A stretch of 62,643 nucleotides of DNA, counting the filler, from Deltaproteobacteria bacterium (GTDB lineage: Bacteria; JAUYMQ01): the NCBI GenBank assembly GCA_030698575.1. It is 11 parts of 11 records of this genome, joined end to end, with 100 filler letters (N's around TTAATTAATTAA, not from the genome) between each part and the next. Parts side by side here need not be neighbours in the genome. Positions count along the whole stretch, not along the records: positions 44,472 to 49,762 come from JAUYMQ010000510.1; positions 49,863 to 52,456 come from JAUYMQ010000512.1; positions 52,557 to 56,867 come from JAUYMQ010000514.1; positions 56,968 to 59,982 come from JAUYMQ010000522.1; 7 more parts are not named here. One strand, given 5' to 3'. Positions within the stretch are counted from its first letter, which is position 1. Every line of letters begins with the position of its first letter. The position numbers and the translations under genes are program-made. Positions 47,551-57,379 of the stretch are shown here, piece by piece. The notes under the pieces are model-generated. The model saw only the letters and a list, made by a program, of their open reading frames with translations, was not told where the DNA came from and did no database searches.

Positions 47551-48723
47551 TCAGGCGGGCTGGGCGGCGGCGAAGTCGCGCAGACGCACGGGTTGGCGGC
47601 GGGAACCCCAGGCGCCGGGGCTGGCCTCGAAGATGCCGGCGCAGGGCGTGCCGCAGGCGACGCAGCGCCCCGCGGGGTCAATCTTCCAGTCGGTGAGCAC
47701 GTACCAGTCGCGGCCGATGAGCCTCTCGCCGCACTGGTGGCAGTAGGTGCTGCCGCCCTCCTCGTCGTGCACATTTCCGGTGTAGGCGTAGCGCACCCCG
47801 TTCTTCCTGGCAATGCGGCGCGCCATGGTCAGGGTCGAGGGCGGCGTCGCGGACGTGTCGAGCATCCTCCAGTCGGGATGAAAAGCCGTGAAGTGCATCG
47901 GGACGTCGGGCCCGAGGTTCGCGACCACCCACTGCGTCATCTCTTCAAGCTCCTGCTCGGAGTCGTTCTCGCCCGGAATGAGAAGTGTCGTCAGCTCGAA
48001 CCACACGTGCGTCTCGCGCTTCAGATAGACGAGCGTATCGAGAACCGGCTGGAGCGCGCCGGCGCAGACCTGCTTGTAGAACCGCTCCGTGAAGGCCTTC
48101 AGATCGACATTCGCGGCATCCATGTGGCGGTAGAACTCGGCCCGCGGTTCGGGGCAGATCTCGCCCGCCGTGACGGCGACCGTCCGGATGCCTTCCTCGC
48201 GGCACGCCCGGGCCACGTCGATGGCGTACTCCAGAAATATCACCGGATCGTTGTAGGTGAAGGCCACGCTGCGGCAGCCGAGCTCGGTGGCGGGCCGCGC
48301 TATGGTGTCGGGCGAGGCCTCGTCGGCCAGCGTGTCCATTTCGCGCGACTTGGAGATGTCCCAGTTCTGGCAGAACTTGCAGGCAAGGTTGCAGCCGGCG
48401 GTCCCGAAGGAGAGCACCGGCGTGCCCGGCAGGAAGTGGTTCAGCGGCTTCTTTTCGATGGGATCGACGCAGAAGCCGCTCGACCGTCCGTAGGTGGTGA
48501 GCACGATGGCATCGCCCTGCCGCGCCCGCACGAAGCAGAGACCCCGCTGCCCCTCCTGCAGCTGGCAGAAGCGGGGGCAAACGTCGCACTGGATCTTGCC
48601 GTCGCCGAGCTTGTGCCAGTACTTCGTGGGAAAACTATCGGGCGGGGCTTCCCTGCGTTGCGTCTGTCCTGGTTTCTCTTGACCGGATTTCTCTTTAAAT
48701 GTCACGGGCGCGACTCCTGCCAT
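47551..48723 (-). CDS. amrS: AmmeMemoRadiSam system radical SAM enzyme
   Basis: CDVCPRFC, DPIEKKPLNHF, GCNLACKFCQNWDIS and YTGNVHD. Start uncertain. Confidence 0.92.
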   Translation of the reverse strand: MAGVAPVTFKEKSGQEKPGQTQRREAPPDSFPTKYWHKLGDGKIQCDVCPRFCQLQEGQRGLCFVRARQGDAIVLTTYGRSSGFCVDPIEKKPLNHFLPGTPVLSFGTAGCNLACKFCQNWDISKSREMDTLADEASPDTIARPATELGCRSVAFTYNDPVIFLEYAIDVARACREEGIRTVAVTAGEICPEPRAEFYRHMDAANVDLKAFTERFYKQVCAGALQPVLDTLVYLKRETHVWFELTTLLIPGENDSEQELEEMTQWVVANLGPDVPMHFTAFHPDWRMLDTSATPPSTLTMARRIARKNGVRYAYTGNVHDEEGGSTYCHQCGERLIGRDWYVLTDWKIDPAGRCVACGTPCAGIFEASPGAWGSRRQPVRLRDFAAAQPA

Positions 48724-48871
48724 GAATGCCGTCAGTCAAGAGTCTAGGGAGCATCCCGCGGCCCGACAAGGGCTGCGCGAAGCCCGTGCCCCCGGCCCCC
48801 CCTTGCTTGCACGGCATCGGGGCGCCATGCTGTCTATCGACCCCGGTGCGCATGATGAGAGGATCGCCGCC

Positions 48872-49657
48872 ATGCCCACGCCCAGGAAGCCCGCTGTTGC
48901 AGGTCTTTTTTACCCCGCCGACGCAGGCGAGCTGCGCGCGATGATCGGGCGCTATCTGGCGGAGGCCCGTCCCGGCGAGGGGGCCCCCAAGGCCATCATC
49001 GTTCCGCACGCGGGCTACGTTTACTCGGGCCCCATCGCCGCCGCCGCTTACGCGCGCGTGGCTTCTGCCCGCGGCCGGGTTCGCCGGGTGGTGCTGCTCG
49101 GCCCGGCGCATCGCGTGCGCTTCAGCGGCCTGGCCGTGAGCAGCGCCGACGCCTTCCGGACGCCCCTCGGCGAGGTCCCGATCGACGCCGCCGCCGTCGC
49201 CTCGATTATGCCCCTCCCGCAGGTTTCGGTGCTCGACGAGGCTCACGCTGAAGAGCACAGCCTCGAAGTGCAGCTCCCCTTCCTTCAGGAGATCCTCGGA
49301 GACTTTTCGCTGGTGCCCCTCGCGGTGGGTGACGCCGGAGCGGCCGAGGTGGGGGAGGTGATCGAAAAGCTCTGGGGCGGCGACGAGACGCTCATCGTCA
49401 TAAGCTCTGATCTCAGCCACTATCTCGACTACGAGAGCGCCCGGCTTCGCGACGAGGCCACCTCGCGGGCCATCGAAGCGCTTGGCTACGAAGACATCAG
49501 CTACGATGACGCCTGCGGCCGGGACCCCGTGAACGGGCTTCTGTTCGTCGCGCGCAAGCGGGGCATGCAGGCGGAGCGCCTGGATCTCCGGAACTCGGGC
49601 GACACCGCCGGCACCCCCGACCGGGTCGTGGGCTACGGGGCCTATGCTTTTGCCTGA
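48872..49657 (+). CDS. amrB: AmmeMemoRadiSam system protein B (MEMO1 family)
   Basis: PAVAGLFYP, PHAGYVYSG, EHSLEVQLPFLQ, SSDLSHY and VVGY. Confidence 0.93.
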   Translation: MPTPRKPAVAGLFYPADAGELRAMIGRYLAEARPGEGAPKAIIVPHAGYVYSGPIAAAAYARVASARGRVRRVVLLGPAHRVRFSGLAVSSADAFRTPLGEVPIDAAAVASIMPLPQVSVLDEAHAEEHSLEVQLPFLQEILGDFSLVPLAVGDAGAAEVGEVIEKLWGGDETLIVISSDLSHYLDYESARLRDEATSRAIEALGYEDISYDDACGRDPVNGLLFVARKRGMQAERLDLRNSGDTAGTPDRVVGYGAYAFA

Positions 49658-49671
49658 AGCGCGGCGCCCGG

Positions 49672-49762
49672 CGCGCATGTCATTGCGGGGAGCGAGGTTC
49701 CGCGCAAGGCGCGACGCCCGGTGCGCATGTCATTGCGAGGCGGCCCCTCACGGGTGCGCATG
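49672..49762. repeat. Degenerate half-copies of the GCGCATGTCATTGCG palindromic repeat at the contig end
   Basis: Two GCGCATGTCATTGCG starts about 50 bp apart. Confidence 0.65.
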
Positions 49763-49862
49763 NNNNNNNNNNNNNNNNNNNNNNNNNNNNNNNNNNNNNN
49801 NNNNNNTTAATTAATTAANNNNNNNNNNNNNNNNNNNNNNNNNNNNNNNNNNNNNNNNNNNN

Positions 49863-50684
49863 CTCGCGAGGCCCCGCGTAGCGCATGGCGGCCGGGTTCA
49901 CGACCAGCATCGCGCGGTCCTTCGGGTAGTAGCCCTCCAGCAGCACCTCGTAGCAGTGCATCCGAACGTCGGCCGGGATGTCGTCGCCCTTGGTCTCGCC
50001 CACGATGGGGTGCAGCAGCAGGCCGTCGACGATCTCGAGCGCGCACTTCTGGATGTACTCGTGCGCGCGGTGAACGGGGTTACGCGTCTGAAAGCCGACG
50101 ATGCGTCGCCAACCGCGCTCCCGGAAGGCCGCGCGGGTCTGGGCGGGCTCGAGGCGGTAGGGCTTGAATTCGCCGTGCGTCGGGCGGTTCAAAACCGTTA
50201 TCGGCCCGCCCACGAGCGTGTCGCCGCCGCGGTAAAGAGCGGCCACGCCGGGGTGCGCTTCCTCAGTCGTCTTGTAGACCTCCTGCGCCTCCTTCTGCTT
50301 GTCGTTCGGGAAGACGTCCTCGATCTTCATGATCGCAAGCGCTCTCCCGTTGGCGTCCGTCAGCGCCGCCTCCTGCCCCGCCTTGAGCTTCTTCGCCAGG
50401 TCGTCGCCGACCGATAGCGTCACGGGAATGGTCCAGGGAAGCCCGCTCGCCAGTGACATGTCGCTTACCACGCGGCTGTAGTCCGCGCTCGTCATGAAGC
50501 CCGTGAGCGGGCTGAAGCCGCCGATGGCGATCAGTTCCAGGTCGGAGATCTCGCGCGGGCCGAGGGGGATGGCGGTGAGCGTCTTCGCCTTCACGAGCAG
50601 CGCTTCACGCTCGGCCGCGGGCGCGTCGACGTTCACAAGGGTTCCCCCGTGGGGGGCGATTGCGTCCTGGTGCTTGTCTGACAT
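49863..50684 (-). CDS. sat: Sulfate adenylyltransferase, 3'-partial
   Basis: [24 protein letters not shown] and MRYAGPRE. Confidence 0.95.
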
Positions 50685-50710
50685 TCGATAGGCTCCTGTG
50701 GAGGTCGGAA

Positions 50711-50763
50711 AGGGGACAGTCCCTCCCCCGCCTTCAAGCGCGGCGCAGGGGGGACAGTCCCCT
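50711..50763. repeat. REP-like doublet GGGACAGTCCC
   Basis: AGGGGACAGTCCCT...GGGGGGACAGTCCCCT between aprB and sat. Confidence 0.75.
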
Positions 50764-50769
50764 GGCGGT

Positions 50770-51153
50770 TTAGATGTCGGCGCCGGCGCGGGGATCATCC
50801 TCGGACGGTTCCTCGTCGAGCGCCACGGGGATATACTTGGTCGGCATGCGGAAGATCTCGACGTTCCCCTTCGTGTCGACGCACTCCCACTCGATGGTGT
50901 CCGACGAGATGATGTGCGGCTGCACCTTCGCGTTGAAGTAGCCGAGCTGGTAGGAGAGGCGCATCTCGATGGCCTCCTGCGGGCAGGGCTTCACGCAGGC
51001 GTAGCAGTTCCAGCAGTCTTCCTTCGACCGCAGGTACGCTTTGCCGGTGACGAAATCCTTCACGTTCAGGTCGCCGGGGCACATGCGCACGCAGGGTGGC
51101 TCCTTCGAGTTGCCGCAGCCGTTGCACTTGTCCTGGTCGATATAGATGGGCAT
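50770..51153 (-). CDS. aprB: APS reductase beta subunit (2x4Fe-4S ferredoxin)
   Basis: CNGC...CVRMCPGDL and [16 protein letters not shown]. Confidence 0.88.
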   Translation of the reverse strand: MPIYIDQDKCNGCGNSKEPPCVRMCPGDLNVKDFVTGKAYLRSKEDCWNCYACVKPCPQEAIEMRLSYQLGYFNAKVQPHIISSDTIEWECVDTKGNVEIFRMPTKYIPVALDEEPSEDDPRAGADI

Positions 51154-51176
51154 TTCAGATCTCCGTTCGCGCGGAT

Positions 51177-51227
51177 AGGGACAGTCCCTCCCCCGCAGCC
51201 AAGCTAAACGAAGGGGGGACAGTCCCT
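51177..51227. repeat. REP-like doublet GGGACAGTCCC
   Basis: Same architecture as 50711-50763, between aprA and aprB. Confidence 0.75.
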
Positions 51228-52456
51228 ATCCTTCGTAGCGGCTGCCGGGGATGGTCTGCTCGTAGGGGCGCGTGATCATCTCGATCTTCCCCGTCAGCGG
51301 ATCCTTCCGGCTGTTCACGAACACGCTCCAATTCTCGTCGTCGCGCTCGGGGTAGTCGAGCCGGGTCTGGTAGCCGGGCCAGCGCGTCTCCTTCCGGGCG
51401 ATGAGGTGCTCCACCAGCACCTGCGCCACGTCCACGCGGTCGATGACCGAGTGGGCCAGCATGAGATCGTGGAGATCGTGGGCCTCGATGAAGGGGAACT
51501 GCTCCGGCAGCCGCGCCAGGTGCTTGCGTGCGGTCACCAGCCGCTCCTCATTCATCTCGAAGAACGTGCTCGACCCGCCGGCGTACTCCTCGAGGATCTT
51601 CTGCAGCCGGTGCTCGAAGTCGAAGGGGCGGAGCTTCGCCAGGTTCTTCGAGCGGTAGAAGAGCGGCGCGTACACGCGCTTCACCTCGGCCTCTATTTCG
51701 TCGCGCGGCACCTCGGCGAGCTTCACGTCGTCGATCATCCTCCCGATGGCGCGCGCGGCGATCACCCCCTCGGCCCAGCAGCCCGAGACGAACTTGTAGG
51801 GCGCGCCGCCGGCCACGTCGCCGGCCGCATAGAGGTTCTTCACCGTCGTCTGCCGGTCGTTGTCGATCCAGTAGCCCGACTGGCAGTGCCCGCCCACGAT
51901 GTAGGGCTCGGTCGTTTGCACCTCGACCGGCATCTCGCCCGGATCGTAGTCGTTCGCGAGCCAGTAGAGGACCTGGTCGGGGTACATGTCGAGGAAGGCT
52001 TCCTTGAGCTTCCTGACACCCTCGCGATCGAGGTGCGTCGTGTCGAGGTAAACCGGCCCCCTCCCCTCCTTGATCTCCAGGATGGGGGCGTAGGCGCGGA
52101 TGGGCGTGGGCGCGCGGTCTCCGCCCATGTGCCCCCAGCGCTTCTGCATGAAGCTCTCGCCCTTGCCGTTCAGGAACGGCGCGTTGGCGCCGAGCGCCAC
52201 CGTGCCGGTCGGCGCGATGACGTCCTTCGTGCGCAGCGCGATGTAGCGCATCTCGAAGGAGGTCATCTCGGCCCCCGCGCGGATGCCGATGGCGTAGCCG
52301 GCGCCCGTGTTGAAGGGACAGTACCAGGTCTTGTGCTGGGCGTCGTGCTGGTTGTTCGGGCGGTAGAGCCCCGCAGCACCACCCGTGCAGACCATCACCG
52401 CCTTGGCGCGCACGATGACGAAGTCCTGCTTTCGCACGCTGAAGCCGTAGGCGCCG
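51226..52456 (-). CDS. aprA: FAD-dependent adenylylsulfate reductase alpha subunit, 5'-partial
   Basis: TGGAAGLYRP, WYCPFNTG, EPYIVGGH, KFVSG and ETRWPG. Confidence 0.9.
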
Positions 52457-52567
52457 NNNNNNNNNNNNNNNNNNNNNNNNNNNNNNNNNNNNNNNNNNNN
52501 TTAATTAATTAANNNNNNNNNNNNNNNNNNNNNNNNNNNNNNNNNNNNNNNNNNNNGATAGTCCGGA

Positions 52568-53203
52568 ATGCCCGTCACCCACACGCGCAGCAGCCACCGT
52601 ACGAAGTCGAGTCACGCCTCCACGATCATGATCGTAGTTGCGCTGCACATCGTGATGGGCGCGGTGATTCTCCTGGTCGCGACGACGGAGACAGGCCAGA
52701 AGTTCTACAAGGAGGTGCGGGTCAAGTTCTACCAGCCGCCCGAAGAGACCGCGCCCGAACCGGAGGAGGTGGCCAAGGAAGAACCGCCGCCGCCGGAGCC
52801 CGATACTCAGCCCGAGGAGGTTCCGGATGCGCCCGTCAGCGAGCGTGTGGAGGCGCCGTCGGGCAGCGACGAGGTGTCACTCGCACGTAGCGGTGACCCC
52901 TTCTCGGGCGGCCCGGGGCGGAAGATTGACGCGCACCGCGCCTTCGAGCTTGCGGTGACGGGGGCGCTCCGCAGCTGCTTCCGTGAGCCGGATGGCCTGG
53001 ATGAGGAGGAGTACGCCCCCACGCAGCTCTCGATCACCGTGGATGATTCAGGGAGGATCGCCTCCTTCTCGCTGAAGGGATCCTCGGGCAACAAGGATCT
53101 CGATCGCGCCGCGCTCGACGCCATCAAGTGTGTGAAGAAGATAAGCGTGGCGCGCCCCAAGACGATGGACCAGACGCTGCTGGTCCGCTTCATCCCTCCA
53201 TGA
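52568..53203 (+). CDS. TonB/TolA C-terminal domain protein
   Basis: TM helix, Glu/Pro-rich linker and SSGNKDLDRAALDAI. Confidence 0.8.
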   Translation: MPVTHTRSSHRTKSSHASTIMIVVALHIVMGAVILLVATTETGQKFYKEVRVKFYQPPEETAPEPEEVAKEEPPPPEPDTQPEEVPDAPVSERVEAPSGSDEVSLARSGDPFSGGPGRKIDAHRAFELAVTGALRSCFREPDGLDEEEYAPTQLSITVDDSGRIASFSLKGSSGNKDLDRAALDAIKCVKKISVARPKTMDQTLLVRFIPP

Positions 53204-53291
53204 GGGCGCCGCAGCGCGCCAGGCGCGCGCGGCACGAGCGCACCCTCGGCCCGCCCCCGACCTGTCCCCCCGAAACACGCCCATCGAAACG

Positions 53292-54296
53292 CTAGCGAAG
53301 ACACGACTGGTATTGCCTGCGGTACTGGTTGGGCGAGAGGCTTGTGCTTCTCTTGAAGATGAGATTGAACTGGGAGAGGCTCCGGTAGCCGATGGCCTGC
53401 GCGATTTCGATGAGTTTCTGGTCCGTCGAGACGAGTAACTGCTTGGCCCGCTGAATCCGGATATCCGTTACGTAGTCGGTATAGCTCTTGCCGGTTCGCT
53501 CCCGGAAGAGCCGGGTGAAGTGACGGAGTGAGAGATTCATCCGCTCCGCGAGCGCCTCCGCGCGCATATCGGAAAGATCCAATCCCGCCATCGACTCCGC
53601 CAGCTCCGCCACCGCTTCACGCTTGCCCGAGGCCGACGGCTTTCGATCCAATATCCCGCGGGCACGGGCGCCGTGCGCGAAAAGGGCGCCCAGCAAAGCC
53701 AGAATCTTCGAGTTGATCAGGAGGACATCGGAGCGATCTTGCGGTTGCCCGGGCGACGATAGCTCGCGGAGGAGGCCGGCGGCGACCTGCGCCGTTCGGC
53801 TGAGGGAAGGAAAGTGCGGACCCAGGCCCTCAAGCGGGTCGCCCGGAGCGGCGCCCCGCTCGGCGGACTCGCCGTGCCGAGTGGAATCCTGTCCGAGGAG
53901 CCTCTCGACGAGCGGTCGTGCGCAGCGCAGCGTGAGGAGTCGCGCGGGTTCGCCGCCACTGGATATGAGGCGTTGCTTCCTGCCGGGATGGAGAATGCAA
54001 AGATCTCCTTTGCCGACATGGATGCGATCCTCGCCGCTCAGCAACTCGCACTCGACGTCACGAACGAGCGTCAACTCGTAGTCGTTCGGGGAACGTTCCT
54101 CGCCCGCTTCTTCGGGCAACGCGTTCCGTTCCACGAGAACGACGTCCTCGGTGCGCAAGAGTACTCTCTCGTCGCGTGCACTCTCCCGCAACGGCCCTTC
54201 GGCGGCCCTTCGATTCTGAGTCATCCCGTCGCCATCTGACCGGCCGCGCTCGCGGGTCGCCCCTGAGGGCGGCACCGGCCCTTTCCCCAGGCTCAA
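53292..54296 (-). CDS. AraC family transcriptional regulator
   Basis: Cupin-like N-terminus and HFTRLFRERTG...RIQRAKQLL...IAQAIGY.SLSQF. TTG start overlaps the upstream TGA (alternative ATG at 54224). Confidence 0.9.
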   Translation of the reverse strand: MSLGKGPVPPSGATRERGRSDGDGMTQNRRAAEGPLRESARDERVLLRTEDVVLVERNALPEEAGEERSPNDYELTLVRDVECELLSGEDRIHVGKGDLCILHPGRKQRLISSGGEPARLLTLRCARPLVERLLGQDSTRHGESAERGAAPGDPLEGLGPHFPSLSRTAQVAAGLLRELSSPGQPQDRSDVLLINSKILALLGALFAHGARARGILDRKPSASGKREAVAELAESMAGLDLSDMRAEALAERMNLSLRHFTRLFRERTGKSYTDYVTDIRIQRAKQLLVSTDQKLIEIAQAIGYRSLSQFNLIFKRSTSLSPNQYRRQYQSCLR

Positions 54297-54604
54297 GCCG
54301 TGCGGCGCTGCTCGACCGCCGGCGTGTCGTGGGCAGCCAGCCTTGACTTCGTGATCCGGAAGACCGATCGGAGGACATCTTCGTCAGTCTCGATCTGACG
54401 CAGCGTCATAATCGTCTGCAGCCACACCTCCGAAACGATGATTTCGGCGGACGCCCTGTCAGGACAGCGTCGTGCGACGAAGCCGTAGACCTTCGGGAAG
54501 AGGGCGAGGAAGAGCTTTTCAAGCGCCGTCTCATCACCCCCTCGGACAAGTCGGACCAGCGTCATCAAATCATCCACGGTTTCCTCCTGGCGGTCTTCGA
54601 CCAT
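54293..54604 (-). CDS. Small protein resembling ECF sigma region 2 only (103 aa)
   Basis: 'LVRGGDETALEKLF...PKVYGFVARRC.DRASAEIIVSEVWL...VFRI'. It stops before any region-4 HTH. Confidence 0.65.
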   Translation of the reverse strand: MVEDRQEETVDDLMTLVRLVRGGDETALEKLFLALFPKVYGFVARRCPDRASAEIIVSEVWLQTIMTLRQIETDEDVLRSVFRITKSRLAAHDTPAVEQRRTA

Positions 54605-55276
54605 CCCCCCTGGCACCCGATCAAAGCTAGCCGCGATCGATGGCGGACCGGTGTCGTCGCGGTGAACTTTGGGATCACGACGCCTCCGCCTCACCTGTCG
54701 GTGCAAGAAGCAGGCGCCATCGCTTATGTCCTGAATCAGTTCCGAGTTAGAGACAAATCGAGAGAATTGTCGTCCCCCATGCGGCCCGGCCCCGCGCCAT
54801 TGTGACGGACGCGTGACCGACCTCGCACGTTTCACGAAACCGGCCGCGCGGGTCGACACACGCTTCGGTTGCTCACCACCGATATTACGAAGCCGCGAAT
54901 CGTCCGCGGGGCTCGCTCGGGATCGAGGCCGGCGATCACGTGATGGATCGCGCGACGAGAAATTGAAACTCACATGCGAGGAACCGCCGGCAGTTCTGGA
55001 AGGAGAAATTCCTGGCTGTGCATTCGCTTTGCTTTGAAACCGGAAGAAGGACTCCGGCGATTTCACAACCACAATGTAGACCGCGTGTCCGGATCGACTT
55101 GGTGTGTCCGCAAAGCGGAAACGGTGTTTCCAGATGACCACGGACTTGACACGCGAACGTGAAGTAGATCGATCACGATGCCCCTGTGGTTCTCAGGAAC
55201 CGAAATGAAATCAGGGAATGGGTTTCGAAATGAATTTCGATTCGAAAGGACATCAACTTCAACAGGAGGGATTGAC

Positions 55277-56050
55277 ATGAAACGAAAGTTAAGCTCGCTT
55301 GCTGCGGCCTTTGCGCTTGTTCTGGCGCTGAGTCCCGCGGCGCACGCGATCAGCATCGCCTCGGGCGATGTTATTCAGGTCATTTACAACGGCAGCTTCG
55401 AGTACGTCGCCAACCTGGGGCAGGCCTCGAGCGCCATCACCGCGGCCGACGGCGGCGGCGGGATGGCGGTCATCACGCCCCTCACCGGAACCGGCAACAC
55501 TGCCAGCGGCATCACGCCGACTTCCGTTTTCGGCAGCGATCTCACGGGGCTCAACATCCTCTACTTCTCCTGGCAGCCCACTAACCCGAACCTGACCGAG
55601 TTCTCGCTCGGCGGTGGGAGCATCACCGAGCCCGCGCCGACGACGCGCACGGCGATCCTGGCGGGACTCAACCAGTACCGGGATCTCATCCAGGCGAACG
55701 ACTCAACGAACAATCCCATCGACATCAACACCAGCACAGAGTCGACGGCATCGATCCAGAGCAAGTTCGGCGGCCAGGTCGGCTCGCTAAACGGCCTGCT
55801 CCCCTACAACATCCAAACGACGACGGTGAGTGGCATCACGTCGATGGATTTCTACCGGCTGGACTTCCAGATCGCGGGGAACGCGAGCTTTCCGGACGAT
55901 CCTGAGCTGCTCGGGACCTGGACATTCAACTCCGCCAACGGCGAGACGAAGTTCATGACCCAGGCCGCCGTCGTGCCGGAACCGGCCACGCTGCTGCTCC
56001 TCGGTTCGGGCCTCGTGCCGCTAATCGTCCCGAGGCGGCGGCGGAAGTAG
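55277..56050 (+). CDS. PEP-CTERM sorting domain protein
   Basis: AGGAGG RBS, signal peptide AHA, and C-terminal VPEPATLLLLGSGLVPLIVPRRRRK. Confidence 0.92.
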   Translation: MKRKLSSLAAAFALVLALSPAAHAISIASGDVIQVIYNGSFEYVANLGQASSAITAADGGGGMAVITPLTGTGNTASGITPTSVFGSDLTGLNILYFSWQPTNPNLTEFSLGGGSITEPAPTTRTAILAGLNQYRDLIQANDSTNNPIDINTSTESTASIQSKFGGQVGSLNGLLPYNIQTTTVSGITSMDFYRLDFQIAGNASFPDDPELLGTWTFNSANGETKFMTQAAVVPEPATLLLLGSGLVPLIVPRRRRK

Positions 56051-56126
56051 CCATCGGATGGAAAGGGCGGACAGAACTCTGCGTTTCCCAAACTGTTTTC
56101 TAAAAATATCCTCAAGGAGGGATGTG

Positions 56127-56867
56127 ATGAAGCTCAAGGCCATGATAGTCAGCCTCGGCCTCTTGGCAGTGACGGTCCTGATCGGGATGACGCCGGCGCC
56201 GGCGACCGCTCAGGTGGACGTCACGATGGGGGGCTCGAGCGCCTCGGACAACTTCAACGACAACGCCATCGCGGACATGTGCGGTGGCCTGGGCAATTTC
56301 GTCAGGAAGACCCGCACGGGGTCCTCGGGCAACAACTGCCCGGCGGGCACCAACGCCTCGATCAGAACCTACGAGTGCAACCTCACGTTCTGCGTGGGCG
56401 GAGCGCGCAACGGGCTCGCCTGCTCGAGTCCTCTCGACACCTGCCCGGGTGGAACCTGTACGGACGGTCCCATCGCAGCCACGATCCGCATCTCGGGCTT
56501 CGGCTCGGAGTTCGGCGTTCTGCCGATCAACGGCAACTGCTCCGACCCTTCGGCGGATTTCCTCTGCCAGAACTCGCGGCTTCGCGCGCTCGACCCCGGA
56601 AACTGCAACATCAGCGGCGGTGGAAACAACGACTGCGCCTGCCTCGATCCCCTCGTGGGCAACGCCGTGACGGAGCTTGATCTCGGTGCCTCGGATGTGC
56701 AGGGCGGCTCCTTCCCCACCCCCGTGCCCCAGCCGGGAAACTCCGCCTCGCCCGTGGCCGTTCCCTTCAAGTTCATCGTGAGCAACACCCTCACCGCGGG
56801 CATCTGCAACGCGCCGGGCAACGCGAACAACGCCCGTAACTGCAAGGTCGACGCCGGCTGCGGCGGC
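56127..56867 (+). CDS. Exported Cys-rich protein with possible substrate-binding-protein motifs, 3'-partial
   Basis: AGGAGG RBS and signal peptide. GSSA, GSEFG, LGASDV and VPFKFIV are interspersed with Cys-rich loops. Confidence 0.7.
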
Positions 56868-56967
56868 NNNNNNNNNNNNNNNNNNNNNNNNNNNNNNNNN
56901 NNNNNNNNNNNTTAATTAATTAANNNNNNNNNNNNNNNNNNNNNNNNNNNNNNNNNNNNNNNNNNNN

Positions 56968-57243
56968 CTGAACGACTCCGGCGTCGAGCGCGATGAGCGA
57001 GTTGGCGATCTTGAAGGTCGAAGCTGGAATCCTCAGAGCGGCCGCGAACTCTGGATGCACCGCCTCGTACCGATTTCTTCGGAGATCGTAGACCAAAACG
57101 GTGCCACTCAAGCCAGTTGAATCGAGTGCGCCAGCCAACGACGGCAAGTTCTCGATCATCGGGTGCGCTTGTTGCGCCTCGACGCCGGTCGCGGCGATTA
57201 GCGGCAGGACGGCAAGAGCGCGAATGGCGAACACGCCGAGCAA
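56968..57243 (-). CDS. blaOXA: Class D (OXA-type) beta-lactamase-like protein, 3'-partial, integron cassette
   Basis: Signal peptide and PASTFKIANSLIAL (STFK active-site motif). Starts about 30 bp after an attC. Confidence 0.85.
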
Positions 57244-57273
57244 CCTATTCCTTCTCGTAATCTTGTGTCGGCG

Positions 57274-57367
57274 GCCTAACGGATCGCGCTTAAGCTGCGG
57301 CGCGCTGAAGAAGAAAGATTCATTTCCTTAATCTACGCGCGCCGTCAGCTTCAAGCGCTGGTTAGGC
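57274..57367 (-). mobile_element. attC site 1 (94 bp)
   Basis: GCCTAAC...GTTAGGC ends, L boxes GCGCTTAAGCTG/CAGCTTCAAGCGC, and extrahelical bases. Confidence 0.93.
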
Positions 57368-57379
57368 AGCGCCACCCGT

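Noticed and set aside
55013-55028. Sigma54 promoter TGGCTGTGCATTCGCT for the PEP-CTERM gene
   Set aside because: GG-N10-GC spacing fits but the flanking consensus is weak, so it is not supportable alone.
54605-55141. N-terminal extension of ORF 54293-55141
   Set aside because: Arg/Ser-rich non-protein-like sequence. Sigma-like similarity starts only at Met 54604.
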